DNA of 51,450 nt from NCBI RefSeq assembly GCF_033763155.1, contig NZ_JANRKZ010000233.1:1-51450 (forward strand), written 5' to 3'. The translations under genes and the position numbers were made by a program. Positions 39,732 through 49,372 of the stretch are shown here, one piece after another. The notes beneath the pieces are model-generated. The model was not told where the DNA came from. It worked only from the letters and a program-made list of their open reading frames with translations, and made no database searches. Origin of the DNA: Microcella sp. (lineage in GTDB: Bacteria > Actinomycetota > Actinomycetes > Actinomycetales > Microbacteriaceae). How positions within the stretch are numbered: position 1 is the stretch's first letter; every line of letters starts with the position of its first letter.

Positions 39732-39819
39732 AGGAGCAACTCTCTTCGGATCGACAGAATGACCATTCTAGCCGTGCCCTCTGTCAGCAAAACTGAAAGG
39801 CGCCGACGGCCCGTGAACG

Positions 39820-42800
39820 CTAGGCGATCACGACGAGAAGATCACCAGCCTCGCATTGCTGCGTTGCGGGAATCGCCCGACGCTGCACGACGCCGGCCAC
39901 GGGTGTGGTGATGGCGGCTTCCATCTTCATGGCCTCAATCGTGGCAACCGACTGACCCGCCTCAACCCGATCGCCTTCTGCGACGTGAAGTGTCACAACT
40001 CCCATGAAGGGCGCGGCGATGTGACCGGGTTGAGAGTGGTCAGCTTTCTCGGCACTCGCCGCATCAACGGCAATGCTCCGGTCGCGCACCGTGATCGGAC
40101 GCAGTTGCCCGTTGAGAGTAGCCATGACGTTACGCATGCCCTTCTCGTCGGGCTCTCCGATTGCTTCGAGACTCACGAGCAGGCTGACGCCCTGTTCGAT
40201 TTCGATGGAGTGCTCAACGCCGGGACGCAGGCCGTACAAGTAGTCGGGTGTCGCGAGAACCGACAGATCGCCATACTGCTCGCGCACTTGCAAGAACTGC
40301 TGCGTCGGCTGCGGAAAGAGCAACTGGTTGAGAACCAGTCGTCGCTCATCGGTGCTTCCGCCGAGTTTCGCGCGCTGATCATCAGTGAGCGGGGTCGTGC
40401 CGATCTTGACGGTGCGGCCCTCGAGCACTTTGCTGCGGAACGGCTCTGGCCATCCACCAGGAAGATCGCCCAGTTCACCGGCCATGAAGCCAATGACCGA
40501 GTCAGGGATGTCGTAGTTCTGGGGGTTGGCCTCGAAATCGGCGGGGTCTGCGCCCGCAGCGGCCATCTGCAGTGCCAGGTCTCCGACGACTTTCGACGAT
40601 GGCGTCACCTTCGTCGGGCGACCGAGAATGCGGTTGGCTGCGGCGTACCAGTCTTCGATGACCTCGAAACGGTCACCGAGGCCCAGCGCGATGGCTTGCT
40701 GACGGAGATTCGAGAGCTGACCGCCCGGGATCTCGTGGGTGTACACGCGGCCTGTGGGGCCAGGGATGCCCGACTCAAAGGGCGCGTACGCCCGACGAAC
40801 GGCCTCCCAGTACGGCTCGAGGTCAGCCACCGGCCCGAGACCCAACCCAGTGTCGCGTTCGGTGTGTTCGAGAGCCGCGACAAGAGCCGACAGCGACGGT
40901 TGAGAGGTCGTGCCCGCCATCGGAGCGCTCGCGGCGTCAACGGCGTCGGCGCCTGCCCTCGACGCCGCCAAGAGCGTGGCCAGCTGGCCTCCTGCCGTGT
41001 CGTGCGTATGCACGTGCACGGGAAGGTCAAAACGCTCGCGCAGGGCGGTCACGAGCTTCTCGGCCGCACCGGCACGCAACAGACCCGCCATGTCTTTCAG
41101 GGCGAGAATGTGTGCTCCTGATTCGACGATCTGCTCAGCGAGTCGCAGGTAGTAGTCGAGTGTGTACAGGTCTTCTGCCGGGTCAAGCAGGTTGCCCGAG
41201 TAGCACATGCCCACTTCGGCGATCGTGGTTCCCGTTGCGAGAACCGCGTCAATCGCGGGGCGCATTTGGTCAACGTCGTTGAGGGCATCGAAGATGCGGA
41301 AGATGTCGATGCCTGTTGCGGCGGCTTCTGCCACGAAGGCGTCGGTGACCTCTGTCGGGTACGGGGTGTAGCCCACGGTGTTGCGCCCGCGGAGCAACAT
41401 CTGGATCGCGACGTTCGGGAGCGCTTCGCGCATGGCCGCGAGTCGCTGCCACGGGTCTTCACCGAGGAAGCGGAGGGCGACGTCGTAGGTTGCGCCTCCC
41501 CAGGCTTCGACGCTCAACAGCCCGGGGGTGAGTCGAGCGACATGAGGCAGAACGGCGACGAGGTCAGTCGTGCGCACACGCGTGGCCAGCAGCGACTGGT
41601 GTGCATCACGGAACGTCGTATCGGTCACGGCAAGGGCCGTCTGCTGACGAAGTGCAGTGGCAAACCCCTCGGGCCCGAGCGCAAGCAGGCGCTGGCGCGA
41701 GCCCTCGGGCGCGGCAACCGACAGGTCAACAGCCGGCAGCTTAAGGGCGGGGTCGATAACCCCGTCTCCGGCGCCATTCGGCTGGTTGACCGTGACATCG
41801 GCGAGCCACGCCAGCACTTTGGTGCCGCGGTCTTTTGACGGACTCGTGCGCACGAGGTGGGGTCGCTCATCGATAAACGACGTGCTCAAGTCGCCCGCTT
41901 GGAAAGCGGGGTCATCGAGCACGGCCTGCAAGAACGGAATGTTCGTTGTCACGCCACGAATGCGGAACTCGGCGAGCCCGCGGCGAGCTCGTGACACCGC
42001 AGAGGCAAAGTCGCGACCGCGGCACGTCATCTTCGCGAGCATCGAGTCGAAGTGCGGAGAGATCTGGGCGCCGGACGCGATGGTGCCGCCGTCGAGGCGC
42101 ACACCGGCTCCACCCGGCGAGCGGTAGGTCGTGATCTTGCCGGTGTCGGGGCGGAAACCGCTCGCCGGATCTTCCGTCGTGATGCGGCATTGCAGCGCGG
42201 CCCCACGAAGGTGAATCTGTTCTTGCGTGAGGCCCAACTCGGCGAGCGTTTGCCCGTAGGCGATGCGCATTTGCGACTGAACCAGATCGACATCGGTGAC
42301 CTCTTCGGTCACGGTGTGTTCGACCTGGATGCGCGGGTTCATTTCAATGAAGACGTGCTGGCCCGCTCGCTCACCAGCGGTGTCGAGCAAGAATTCGACG
42401 GTTCCGGCATTCACATAGCCGATCGACTTCGCGAACGCCACGGCATCGCGATACATCTGCTGGCGTGTCTCTTCATCGAGATTCGGAGCGGGAGCAATCT
42501 CAATGACCTTTTGGTGCCGTCGCTGAACCGAGCAGTCGCGTTCAAACAAGTGAACGGTCTCACCGGTCGCATCCGCAAGAATCTGCACTTCGATGTGACG
42601 CGGGCGAACCACTGCTTGTTCAACAAACATCGTGGGGTCGCCAAAAGCGCTGTCGGCTTCGCGCATGGCTGCCTCGAGGGCCGCCTTGAGATCGTCGCGT
42701 TTGTCAACACGACGCATCCCGCGCCCACCGCCCCCGGCGACGGCCTTGGCAAAGATCGGGAATCCAATCTCATCGGCGGCATCGAGCAAGACCTGCATGT

Positions 42801-43218
42801 CGGTCGTTGCGGGGCTGGACTTCAACACCGGCACGCCCGCAGCGATCGCTCGCTCTTTTGCCGTGACCTTGTTGCCCGCCATTTCCAGCACCGAACGGGG
42901 CGGCCCGATAAAGGCGATACCGGCATCGGCGGCGGCTTGCGCCAAGTCGGGATTCTCACTCAGGAATCCGTAACCGGGGTAGATCGCGTCGGCACCCGAG
43001 AGCTTCGCCACGCGAATAATCTCGGCGACGTCAAGGTAAGCACGCACCGGGTGGCCCGGCTCGCCGATCTGGTATGCCTCGTCGGCCTTGAGTCGGTGCA
43101 TGGAGTTGCGGTCTTCATAGGGGAAAACGGCAACGGTCTTCGCGCCCAGTTCGTACGCAGCACGAAAAGCGCGGATCGCGATCTCTCCGCGGTTGGCAAC
43201 AAGGATCTTCCGAAACAT
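39820..43218 (-). CDS. pyc: Pyruvate carboxylase
   Basis: MFRKILVANRGEIA, RDAHQS, HTHDT, EAMKM biotin site. Start ATG 43218. Confidence 0.97.
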   Translation of the reverse strand: MFRKILVANRGEIAIRAFRAAYELGAKTVAVFPYEDRNSMHRLKADEAYQIGEPGHPVRAYLDVAEIIRVAKLSGADAIYPGYGFLSENPDLAQAAADAGIAFIGPPRSVLEMAGNKVTAKERAIAAGVPVLKSSPATTDMQVLLDAADEIGFPIFAKAVAGGGGRGMRRVDKRDDLKAALEAAMREADSAFGDPTMFVEQAVVRPRHIEVQILADATGETVHLFERDCSVQRRHQKVIEIAPAPNLDEETRQQMYRDAVAFAKSIGYVNAGTVEFLLDTAGERAGQHVFIEMNPRIQVEHTVTEEVTDVDLVQSQMRIAYGQTLAELGLTQEQIHLRGAALQCRITTEDPASGFRPDTGKITTYRSPGGAGVRLDGGTIASGAQISPHFDSMLAKMTCRGRDFASAVSRARRGLAEFRIRGVTTNIPFLQAVLDDPAFQAGDLSTSFIDERPHLVRTSPSKDRGTKVLAWLADVTVNQPNGAGDGVIDPALKLPAVDLSVAAPEGSRQRLLALGPEGFATALRQQTALAVTDTTFRDAHQSLLATRVRTTDLVAVLPHVARLTPGLLSVEAWGGATYDVALRFLGEDPWQRLAAMREALPNVAIQMLLRGRNTVGYTPYPTEVTDAFVAEAAATGIDIFRIFDALNDVDQMRPAIDAVLATGTTIAEVGMCYSGNLLDPAEDLYTLDYYLRLAEQIVESGAHILALKDMAGLLRAGAAEKLVTALRERFDLPVHVHTHDTAGGQLATLLAASRAGADAVDAASAPMAGTTSQPSLSALVAALEHTERDTGLGLGPVADLEPYWEAVRRAYAPFESGIPGPTGRVYTHEIPGGQLSNLRQQAIALGLGDRFEVIEDWYAAANRILGRPTKVTPSSKVVGDLALQMAAAGADPADFEANPQNYDIPDSVIGFMAGELGDLPGGWPEPFRSKVLEGRTVKIGTTPLTDDQRAKLGGSTDERRLVLNQLLFPQPTQQFLQVREQYGDLSVLATPDYLYGLRPGVEHSIEIEQGVSLLVSLEAIGEPDEKGMRNVMATLNGQLRPITVRDRSIAVDAASAEKADHSQPGHIAAPFMGVVTLHVAEGDRVEAGQSVATIEAMKMEAAITTPVAGVVQRRAIPATQQCEAGDLLVVIA

Positions 43219-43331
43219 CGTGTCCTCTCGGAATCGGCCCGGGTTGGGGGTCGACATGGCTCCGGTGGTGGCGGGCAGAGGTCGGTGCGCATGCGCGCTT
43301 CTCCACACTAGTGAAGGTAGGGTCGTTACTC

Positions 43332-44135
43332 GTGCACGTACTGAGCATCAGCTCTCTCAAGGGGGGCGTGGGCAAAACAACGGTGACGCTAGGTCTGGCG
43401 TCAGCGGCCTTCTCTCGCGGTCTGCGCACGCTCGTTGTCGATCTTGATCCTCAATCTGACGCATCGACGGGTATGGACATCCAGGTGGCTGGCCACCTCA
43501 CGGTCGCTGATGTTCTGGCTGCCCCGAAAGAACGCACCGTGCGCCAGGCAATCGCGCCGAGCGGGTGGACGCGCGGGCGGCCTGGCACGGTCGACGTCAT
43601 GATCGGTAGCCCAAGTGCCATCAATTTCGATGGCCCGCACCCGAGCATCCGTGAAATTTGGAAACTCGAAGAAGCGCTCGCTCACGTCGAGGCCGACTAC
43701 GACCTCGTGCTCGTCGACTGCGCTCCGTCTCTCAACGCATTGACGCGCACCGCGTGGGCCGCGAGCGATCGCGTCGTCGTCGTCACCGAGCCCGGCCTGT
43801 TCTCGGTCGCTGCGGCTGACCGCGCCTTGCGCGCCATCGAAGAGATTCGCCGAGGACTCTCACCGCGACTGCAACCGCTCGGCATCATCGTCAACCGCGC
43901 GCGTATTCAGTCGCTTGAACACCAGTTCCGCATCAAAGAACTGCGAGACATGTTTGGGCCGCTCGTGCTTGCCCCGCAGCTTCCGGAACGCACCGCACTG
44001 CAGCAGGCACAGGGTGCCGCGAAGCCGGTGCATGTCTGGCCGGGCGACAGCGCGCAAGAAATGGCGCGAAACTTCGACCAGTTGCTCGAGCGGATCATGC
44101 GCGCCGCCAAGATGGGCGAGTTTTCCAACCTCTAA
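43332..44135 (+). CDS. ParA/Soj family ATPase (orphan)
   Basis: LKGGVGKTT, DLDPQ, DCAPSL. No parB nearby. Confidence 0.92.
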   Translation: MHVLSISSLKGGVGKTTVTLGLASAAFSRGLRTLVVDLDPQSDASTGMDIQVAGHLTVADVLAAPKERTVRQAIAPSGWTRGRPGTVDVMIGSPSAINFDGPHPSIREIWKLEEALAHVEADYDLVLVDCAPSLNALTRTAWAASDRVVVVTEPGLFSVAAADRALRAIEEIRRGLSPRLQPLGIIVNRARIQSLEHQFRIKELRDMFGPLVLAPQLPERTALQQAQGAAKPVHVWPGDSAQEMARNFDQLLERIMRAAKMGEFSNL

Positions 44136-44220
44136 AGCGTGCGCGCTCGACGGCGTCGACTCGCGAGACGGTCGCTTATGCGCCCGTCATCAGTCGGGAT
44201 CGGCCCGCTGCGACGAGAAT

Positions 44221-44757
44221 CTATGACGCGCGCGTCGCGCGACGTGCCGCGAGCTCGTCACTCGGGTCCACCGCAGGCGTCGAGTCGAGAGCGACAAGCG
44301 AGCTCTCAACTTCGCGCAAGACCTTGCCGACCGCGATTCCGAACACTCCCTGACCGCGACTGACGAGGTCGATCACTTCGTCATCGCTCGTGCACAGGTA
44401 AACACTCGCGCCATCGCTCATGAGCGTCGTCTGGGCGAGGTCATTGACTCCCGCTTCACGCAATTGATTGACGGCCGTTCGAATTTGCTGCAGCGAAATA
44501 CCGGTGTCGAGAAGTCGCTTCACCAGCTTGAGTACGAGGATGTCGCGAAAGCCATAGAGCCGCTGCGTTCCCGATCCGGCGGCGCCTCGCACCGTAGGTT
44601 CAACGAGTTCAGTGCGCGCCCAGTAATCCAGTTGGCGGTAGGAGATACCGGCGGCCCGGGCCGCGACAGCGCCACGGTAACCGGCCTGGTCGTCGAGCTC
44701 GGGCATTCCGTCGGTGAAGAGCAACCCGAGGTCGTAACGGTCGTCAGCGTCGGTCAT
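44221..44757 (-). CDS. MerR family regulator (Rv1830-like)
   Basis: GISYRQLDYWART, GSGTQRLY, GQGVFGIA. Confidence 0.92.
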   Translation of the reverse strand: MTDADDRYDLGLLFTDGMPELDDQAGYRGAVAARAAGISYRQLDYWARTELVEPTVRGAAGSGTQRLYGFRDILVLKLVKRLLDTGISLQQIRTAVNQLREAGVNDLAQTTLMSDGASVYLCTSDDEVIDLVSRGQGVFGIAVGKVLREVESSLVALDSTPAVDPSDELAARRATRAS

Positions 44758-44874
44758 GACCCCTACCTAACCTTCATCATTAACGTGACAGTTGGTGCCA
44801 CGTCGTTCAGAGTAGCGAGCCGCCTCACGTCGATCGGAGACATTCGCTCGAACACCTCGGCGTGTCGGGCCCGA

Positions 44875-45579
44875 CTACGACTGTAGCTTGCCGAGTGCCG
44901 ATCGGATGAGACTCGAGCGAACGACTTCAAGCTGCCCCGCAATCTCACGGGCAAGTTCAGCGGCCTTGGCGCGACTCGACGGGTCGTTGCGTCGCGAAAC
45001 CGGTATGAGTGCGCTCTCGATGAGACCAAGTTCTCGCTCAGCGGCCGCGCGGAAGCCTCGCAAGTGGCGCGGTTCGATGCCGGAACGCTGCAATTCGGCA
45101 AGCGCCCTCAGCACCTGCAACGCATCATCGCCATAGGTGTCGGCCGCGCTCAGCAACGACGCGGAAATCGCATCGGTCAACAACGACGGCGTAGCACCAG
45201 CCTCGCGAACGAGCTCGGCCCGTGAGTATCGGCGTTCGGTCACCAGGATCGAACTGGGCACGACACCACTCGCCATAAACGCGGGAGTGCGACCCGCCTC
45301 GATCTCATCGAGATAACCGCGGATCACCTTGAGACGCAGAAAGTGGTCACGCTGCATCGTCAAGATGAACCGCAGCCGATCGACGTCGGCGGGAGAGAAC
45401 TTGCGGTACCCCGACTCTGTTCGCACGGGCGAGACAAGCTGCTGCTCTTCAAGAAACCGCAGCTTCGACGGTGTCAGGTCAGGAAACTCGGGTGTGAGCT
45501 TGGCGAGCACCTGCCCAATGCTCAAGAGCCCACCCGCAGACGACGGTCGCGACGAGGCGGCAGCAGACCGCGCCACCAT
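44875..45579 (-). CDS. ftsR: MerR family regulator FtsR (Rv1828-like)
   Basis: LSIGQVL, SKLRFLE, RTESGYRKF, GIEPRHLR. Coupled to the FHA gene. Confidence 0.85.
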   Translation of the reverse strand: MVARSAAASSRPSSAGGLLSIGQVLAKLTPEFPDLTPSKLRFLEEQQLVSPVRTESGYRKFSPADVDRLRFILTMQRDHFLRLKVIRGYLDEIEAGRTPAFMASGVVPSSILVTERRYSRAELVREAGATPSLLTDAISASLLSAADTYGDDALQVLRALAELQRSGIEPRHLRGFRAAAERELGLIESALIPVSRRNDPSSRAKAAELAREIAGQLEVVRSSLIRSALGKLQS

Positions 45580-46058
45580 CAGGCGACCGACGGAAGGTCG
45601 ATGCGCGATGCGTAGAACGTGAGGTGGAACTTGCCGACCTGCACCTCACACCCGTCTGTCAAAGACACGGTGTCACCGATGCGCTCCCCCGCCATGAACG
45701 TGCCGTTGAGCGAGCCCAAGTCGCGAACGGAGAAGCTCGTGCCGCTGCGAAGAAAAGCTGCGTGCTTGCGCGACACCGTTACGTCGTCAAGAAAAATGTC
45801 GGCGTCGGGATGCCGGCCGGCAACGGTCACGTCGGCATCGAGCAAGAACCGGGCACCGGCGTTGGGCCCGGTTCGAACGATGAGAAGGGCAGAACCCGAG
45901 GGCAACGCCCCAATGACGTCGTGCTCTTCGGGAGTGACTCCGGCTTCGAGCGCTGCCAATTGCGCGGCGAACTCAGGCCCGTAGTGCACCGTGGTTTCGT
46001 GCGGGCGGTAGGCGCCCGGCTCGGCGCCGTGGTGCTCGTCGGGCGTGGTCTCAACCAT
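45579..46058 (-). CDS. garA: FHA domain protein GarA/OdhI
   Basis: LPSGSALLIV, GRHPDADIFLDDVTVSRKHA, GSLNGT, ETT motif. Start ATG 46058. Confidence 0.88.
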   Translation of the reverse strand: MVETTPDEHHGAEPGAYRPHETTVHYGPEFAAQLAALEAGVTPEEHDVIGALPSGSALLIVRTGPNAGARFLLDADVTVAGRHPDADIFLDDVTVSRKHAAFLRSGTSFSVRDLGSLNGTFMAGERIGDTVSLTDGCEVQVGKFHLTFYASRIDLPSVA

Positions 46059-46707
46059 CCGTCGTCCTCCTTTGAACGCCCAGCGTATCTGATGCACCAG
46101 AGGCCGTTTGCGACGAATGATGCGTCAGAGCGTAGGTCTGGCGGAGGTACAGGATGCCTGCCCACCAATACAGGAAGGCACCCCACAGAGTGAAGGCCCA
46201 CCCCAGCGGATCACTGACCGACTGGATTGCCGGAAACGCTTGCCCAAACACCAGCAGCGGAAGCGCATAGAACAGCGCAAAGGTGGCAACTTTGCCAAGG
46301 TGGTGAACCGGGAGCGGGCCATAGCCGTGGCGCGCGAGCACGATTCCGAGAATCGCGAGAAAGACATCGCGGCCCACGATCACCACGACGACCCACCAGG
46401 GCACAACATTGCGCACGGCCAACGCGATCACCGCGGCAAAGATAAACAGCCGGTCAGCTGCGGGGTCGAGCAGCTGGCCGAGCTTGGTCACTTGTGAGAA
46501 TCGACGGGCGATGATCCCGTCGAGAAAGTCGCTCAGGCTCGACACCACGATCACGATGAGCGCCGCGAGGTCAAGACCAGCGAGCACCAACACCAGAAAG
46601 ACCGGTACCAAAAGGATGCGCAGGGCACTTAGCGCGTTCGGCACCGTCAACACGCGGTCGCTGATGACCGCTGGAGCGTGATCGGGAGTGCTCTGCGGCT
46701 GCGACAC
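46051..46707 (-). CDS. CDP-alcohol phosphatidyltransferase (PgsA2-like)
   Basis: TVPNALS and DFLDGIIARR....G..LDPAAD signature. Confidence 0.94.
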   Translation of the reverse strand: MSQPQSTPDHAPAVISDRVLTVPNALSALRILLVPVFLVLVLAGLDLAALIVIVVSSLSDFLDGIIARRFSQVTKLGQLLDPAADRLFIFAAVIALAVRNVVPWWVVVVIVGRDVFLAILGIVLARHGYGPLPVHHLGKVATFALFYALPLLVFGQAFPAIQSVSDPLGWAFTLWGAFLYWWAGILYLRQTYALTHHSSQTASGASDTLGVQRRTTDG

Positions 46708-46770
46708 GAGTGCGAGTCTAGTGAGGCATGGACGCGCGTGCGGAGGGCATCCGGCACTAGCCTGTAGCCC

Positions 46771-47604
46771 ATGGACACCGTCGTCATTGTTCTCGGCATC
46801 GCTGCCGGCGTCAGCCTGTTTACCTGGGTCGCGTCACTGCTCACCGGTGACCACTCGTGGGTTGACCGAATCTGGTCGATTGTTCCGATCGTTTACGTCG
46901 CCGTGTTCTGGGCAGGAACGGGATTCACCGACCCGCGGCTCACGATCATGACGGTGCTGGTGACCCTCTGGGGCGCCCGATTGACGTTCAACTTCGCGCG
47001 TAAGGGCGGCTACAGCGGTGTCGAAGACTACCGCTGGCCCATTCTGCGTGAGCGGATGACGGCCGGGCAGTTCCAGGTGTTCAACCTGCTGTTCATCGTC
47101 CTCTTCCAAAACGGGCTGTTGCTGCTGATCGCGCTTCCCGCTCTCGTCGCGTACGAGAACCAGAGCGTTCCTGTCGGCCCTCTCGACTTGGCACTCGCGG
47201 CGCTCTTCCTCGCCTTCTTGATCGGCGAGTTTGTCGCTGACCAGCAACAGTGGAACTTCCACCAGGGAAAGAAGGCCGCGATAGCGGCTGGCCACACTCC
47301 CGACCAGCAGTTTGTGACGACGGGACTGTGGCGCTTCAGCCGTCACCCGAACTTCTTCTTCGAGCAGGCGCAGTGGTGGGTTCTCTACGCGATGGGCGCC
47401 GCAGCCCTCGGGTCCGCCCTGCACTGGACGATCATCGGCCCGGTGTTGCTCACGGCACTCTTCATTGGTTCGACGCGATTCACCGAAGAGATCACCCTGA
47501 GCAAATACCCGGAGTATGCGGACTACCAACGCCGCACTTCGATGTTGATTCCGTGGATTCCCCGAGAGGGCCGCGCCGCTGCGGCAGATGCTCCCGCTGC
47601 CTGA
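46771..47604 (+). CDS. DUF1295 membrane protein (steroid 5-alpha-reductase-like)
   Basis: SWVDRIWS, WGARL, EDYRW, ADQQQW, GLWRFSRHPNFF. Confidence 0.9.
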   Translation: MDTVVIVLGIAAGVSLFTWVASLLTGDHSWVDRIWSIVPIVYVAVFWAGTGFTDPRLTIMTVLVTLWGARLTFNFARKGGYSGVEDYRWPILRERMTAGQFQVFNLLFIVLFQNGLLLLIALPALVAYENQSVPVGPLDLALAALFLAFLIGEFVADQQQWNFHQGKKAAIAAGHTPDQQFVTTGLWRFSRHPNFFFEQAQWWVLYAMGAAALGSALHWTIIGPVLLTALFIGSTRFTEEITLSKYPEYADYQRRTSMLIPWIPREGRAAAADAPAA

Positions 47605-47618
47605 TTAGCATCGCTCGC

Positions 47619-48101
47619 ATGTCGTGCATTCGCTTCAACACGCCTGCTCAGCGTCGCCAGTTGGCCGACTCGGCACCCGCAATGGTGACGTCAGACGATC
47701 CGGTCGCACAGTTCTTGTCGCCGGCCATTACCGCGTCGAAGGTCTCGCGCATCCGTCGACTGGCGAGTGACCCCAACCCGAAGATTCGCGAGAGTGCAGC
47801 TCTGTCGTACCACGCTCCCCTCGAGGTGTATGAAGCACTCTCACACGACGCTGACCCCGGCGTGCGGGCATGCCTGGCCAAAAACGAGCACGTGCCGTGC
47901 GACATCTTGCGGCGTCTCGCGAGCGACCCCGACGAGCGCGTGCGCGGGTTCGTGGCGCTCAACTACTTCGTGCCGGCCGACGCCATGCAGGCTCTTGCCG
48001 ACGACCCCAGCGCCGTCGTGCGGGGCCTCGTTGACTGGAAGGCCTCGCTGGCGGCAGAAAACGAGCGAGCCGACGCTGACCTCGTCAGCGCCGTCGTCTA
48101 G
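47619..48101 (+). CDS. Leucine-rich repeat variant (LRV)/HEAT-like repeat protein, 160 aa
   Basis: C-terminal part of ORF 47250-48101. Four 24-aa repeats (LASDPNPKIR, LSHDADPGVR, LASDPDERVR, LADDPSAVVR). TAGCAT -10 lies 7 nt before ATG 47619. Confidence 0.82.
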   Translation: MSCIRFNTPAQRRQLADSAPAMVTSDDPVAQFLSPAITASKVSRIRRLASDPNPKIRESAALSYHAPLEVYEALSHDADPGVRACLAKNEHVPCDILRRLASDPDERVRGFVALNYFVPADAMQALADDPSAVVRGLVDWKASLAAENERADADLVSAVV

Positions 48102-48856
48102 TCGCGCGAGCGGAACTGGCCAGCCGTTCCCACGCGATCGGGAAGCACGCGCGCGAGGCCCGCGATGACGCGATAGCGAAGAGTCGGAATCACGACCGAG
48201 CGCCCGCGATCGATCCCCCGCAGCGCAAGCCGAACGAGGTTCGGTGCGCGCAACCACAAAAACTCGGGAATGCCCTCGGTGCTGACCTTCATGCGGTCAT
48301 GAAACTCGGTGCGCACAAAACCGGGGCACACGGCGGTGACGCATACACCTCGTCGGCGATACACAAGGTTCGCCCCGCGGGCGAACATGACAGCCCAGGC
48401 CTTGGCCGCCGAATACGTGCCGCGCGGCGTGAACGCGGCAACACTGGCGATGAGCACGATGCGTCCGTGCCCGCGGGCAACCATGCCCCGCAGTGCCGTT
48501 TGCGTGAGTTGCAATGGCACGGTGACGTGAATGTCGAGGTGTCGCTTTTCGACGTCGAACGAGTTCTCATCGAGTTCGCCACGGATGCCGTACCCCGCAG
48601 TGTTGACCAGCAGGTCAATCGGCCGTTCGTCGGCGGCGAGGCGTCGGTCGACGGCGGCAAGCCCCTCGGCCGTGAGCAGGTCGGCCGGGATCGCCTCGAC
48701 GTGCACGCCGAACTCGTCGTGCAGCGCGAGCGCCGTAGCCGCAAGCCGGTCGGCGTCGCGCGCAACGATCACGAGATCGGTTGCGCGAGCGGCGAGTTGG
48801 CGAGCGAACTCGGCACCGATTCCGGCTGTTGCGCCCGTGATGAGAGCAGTAGGCAT
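48098..48856 (-). CDS. Short-chain dehydrogenase/reductase
   Basis: TGATAGIG, S..YSAAK catalytic motif, CPGFVRT. Confidence 0.93.
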   Translation of the reverse strand: MPTALITGATAGIGAEFARQLAARATDLVIVARDADRLAATALALHDEFGVHVEAIPADLLTAEGLAAVDRRLAADERPIDLLVNTAGYGIRGELDENSFDVEKRHLDIHVTVPLQLTQTALRGMVARGHGRIVLIASVAAFTPRGTYSAAKAWAVMFARGANLVYRRRGVCVTAVCPGFVRTEFHDRMKVSTEGIPEFLWLRAPNLVRLALRGIDRGRSVVIPTLRYRVIAGLARVLPDRVGTAGQFRSRD

Positions 48857-48922
48857 GACGACACGCTACCCGGCGGGCCTGACGGGAACCCCGAGGCAGG
48901 CGATGACTCGTACGCTGATGCC

Positions 48923-49327
48923 ATGAGCCCAGCATCCGCGCCCGCCGGAGTGCGGGTCGATGCCTACGCGTGGGCAATTCGGCTGTATGCGACACGCTCT
49001 GCCGCGACCGCCGCGTGCAAAGCCGGCCACATCAAGGTCAACGACGTATCGGCAAAGCCCGCCCAGGTGGTGCGCATCGGCGACCGTGTGCGCGCCCTGA
49101 CCCCCGGTGGTGAGCGCATTGTCGTCGTCACCGGACTCATCACGAAACGCACGAGTGCCCCCCTCGCGGCCCTCAACTTCGATGACCAGACTCCCCCACC
49201 ACCGCCGAAAGAAGAGCGCCCGGCGACCGTGGTCCGCGAACGCGGGGCTGGCCGACCGACCAAGCGTGACCGTCGGCAGATCGAACGCCTGCGCGGGCGA
49301 GAACCGCGCGCTGACGACCTCGCCTGA
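48923..49327 (+). CDS. S4 domain RNA-binding protein (Hsp15-like)
   Basis: VRVDAYAWAIRLYATRS, KPAQVVRIGD, GAGRPTKRDRR. Start ATG 48923. Confidence 0.92.
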   Translation: MSPASAPAGVRVDAYAWAIRLYATRSAATAACKAGHIKVNDVSAKPAQVVRIGDRVRALTPGGERIVVVTGLITKRTSAPLAALNFDDQTPPPPPKEERPATVVRERGAGRPTKRDRRQIERLRGREPRADDLA

Positions 49328-49372
49328 CGAGCGCCGTGCGGGCCGCGGTGCGGGCTCGCACGGCGAGCATCC

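Noticed and set aside
44763-45101. 112-aa ORF between the MerR genes as a missing third gene
   Set aside because: Mostly overlaps ftsR off-frame, and the remainder is promoter sequence.
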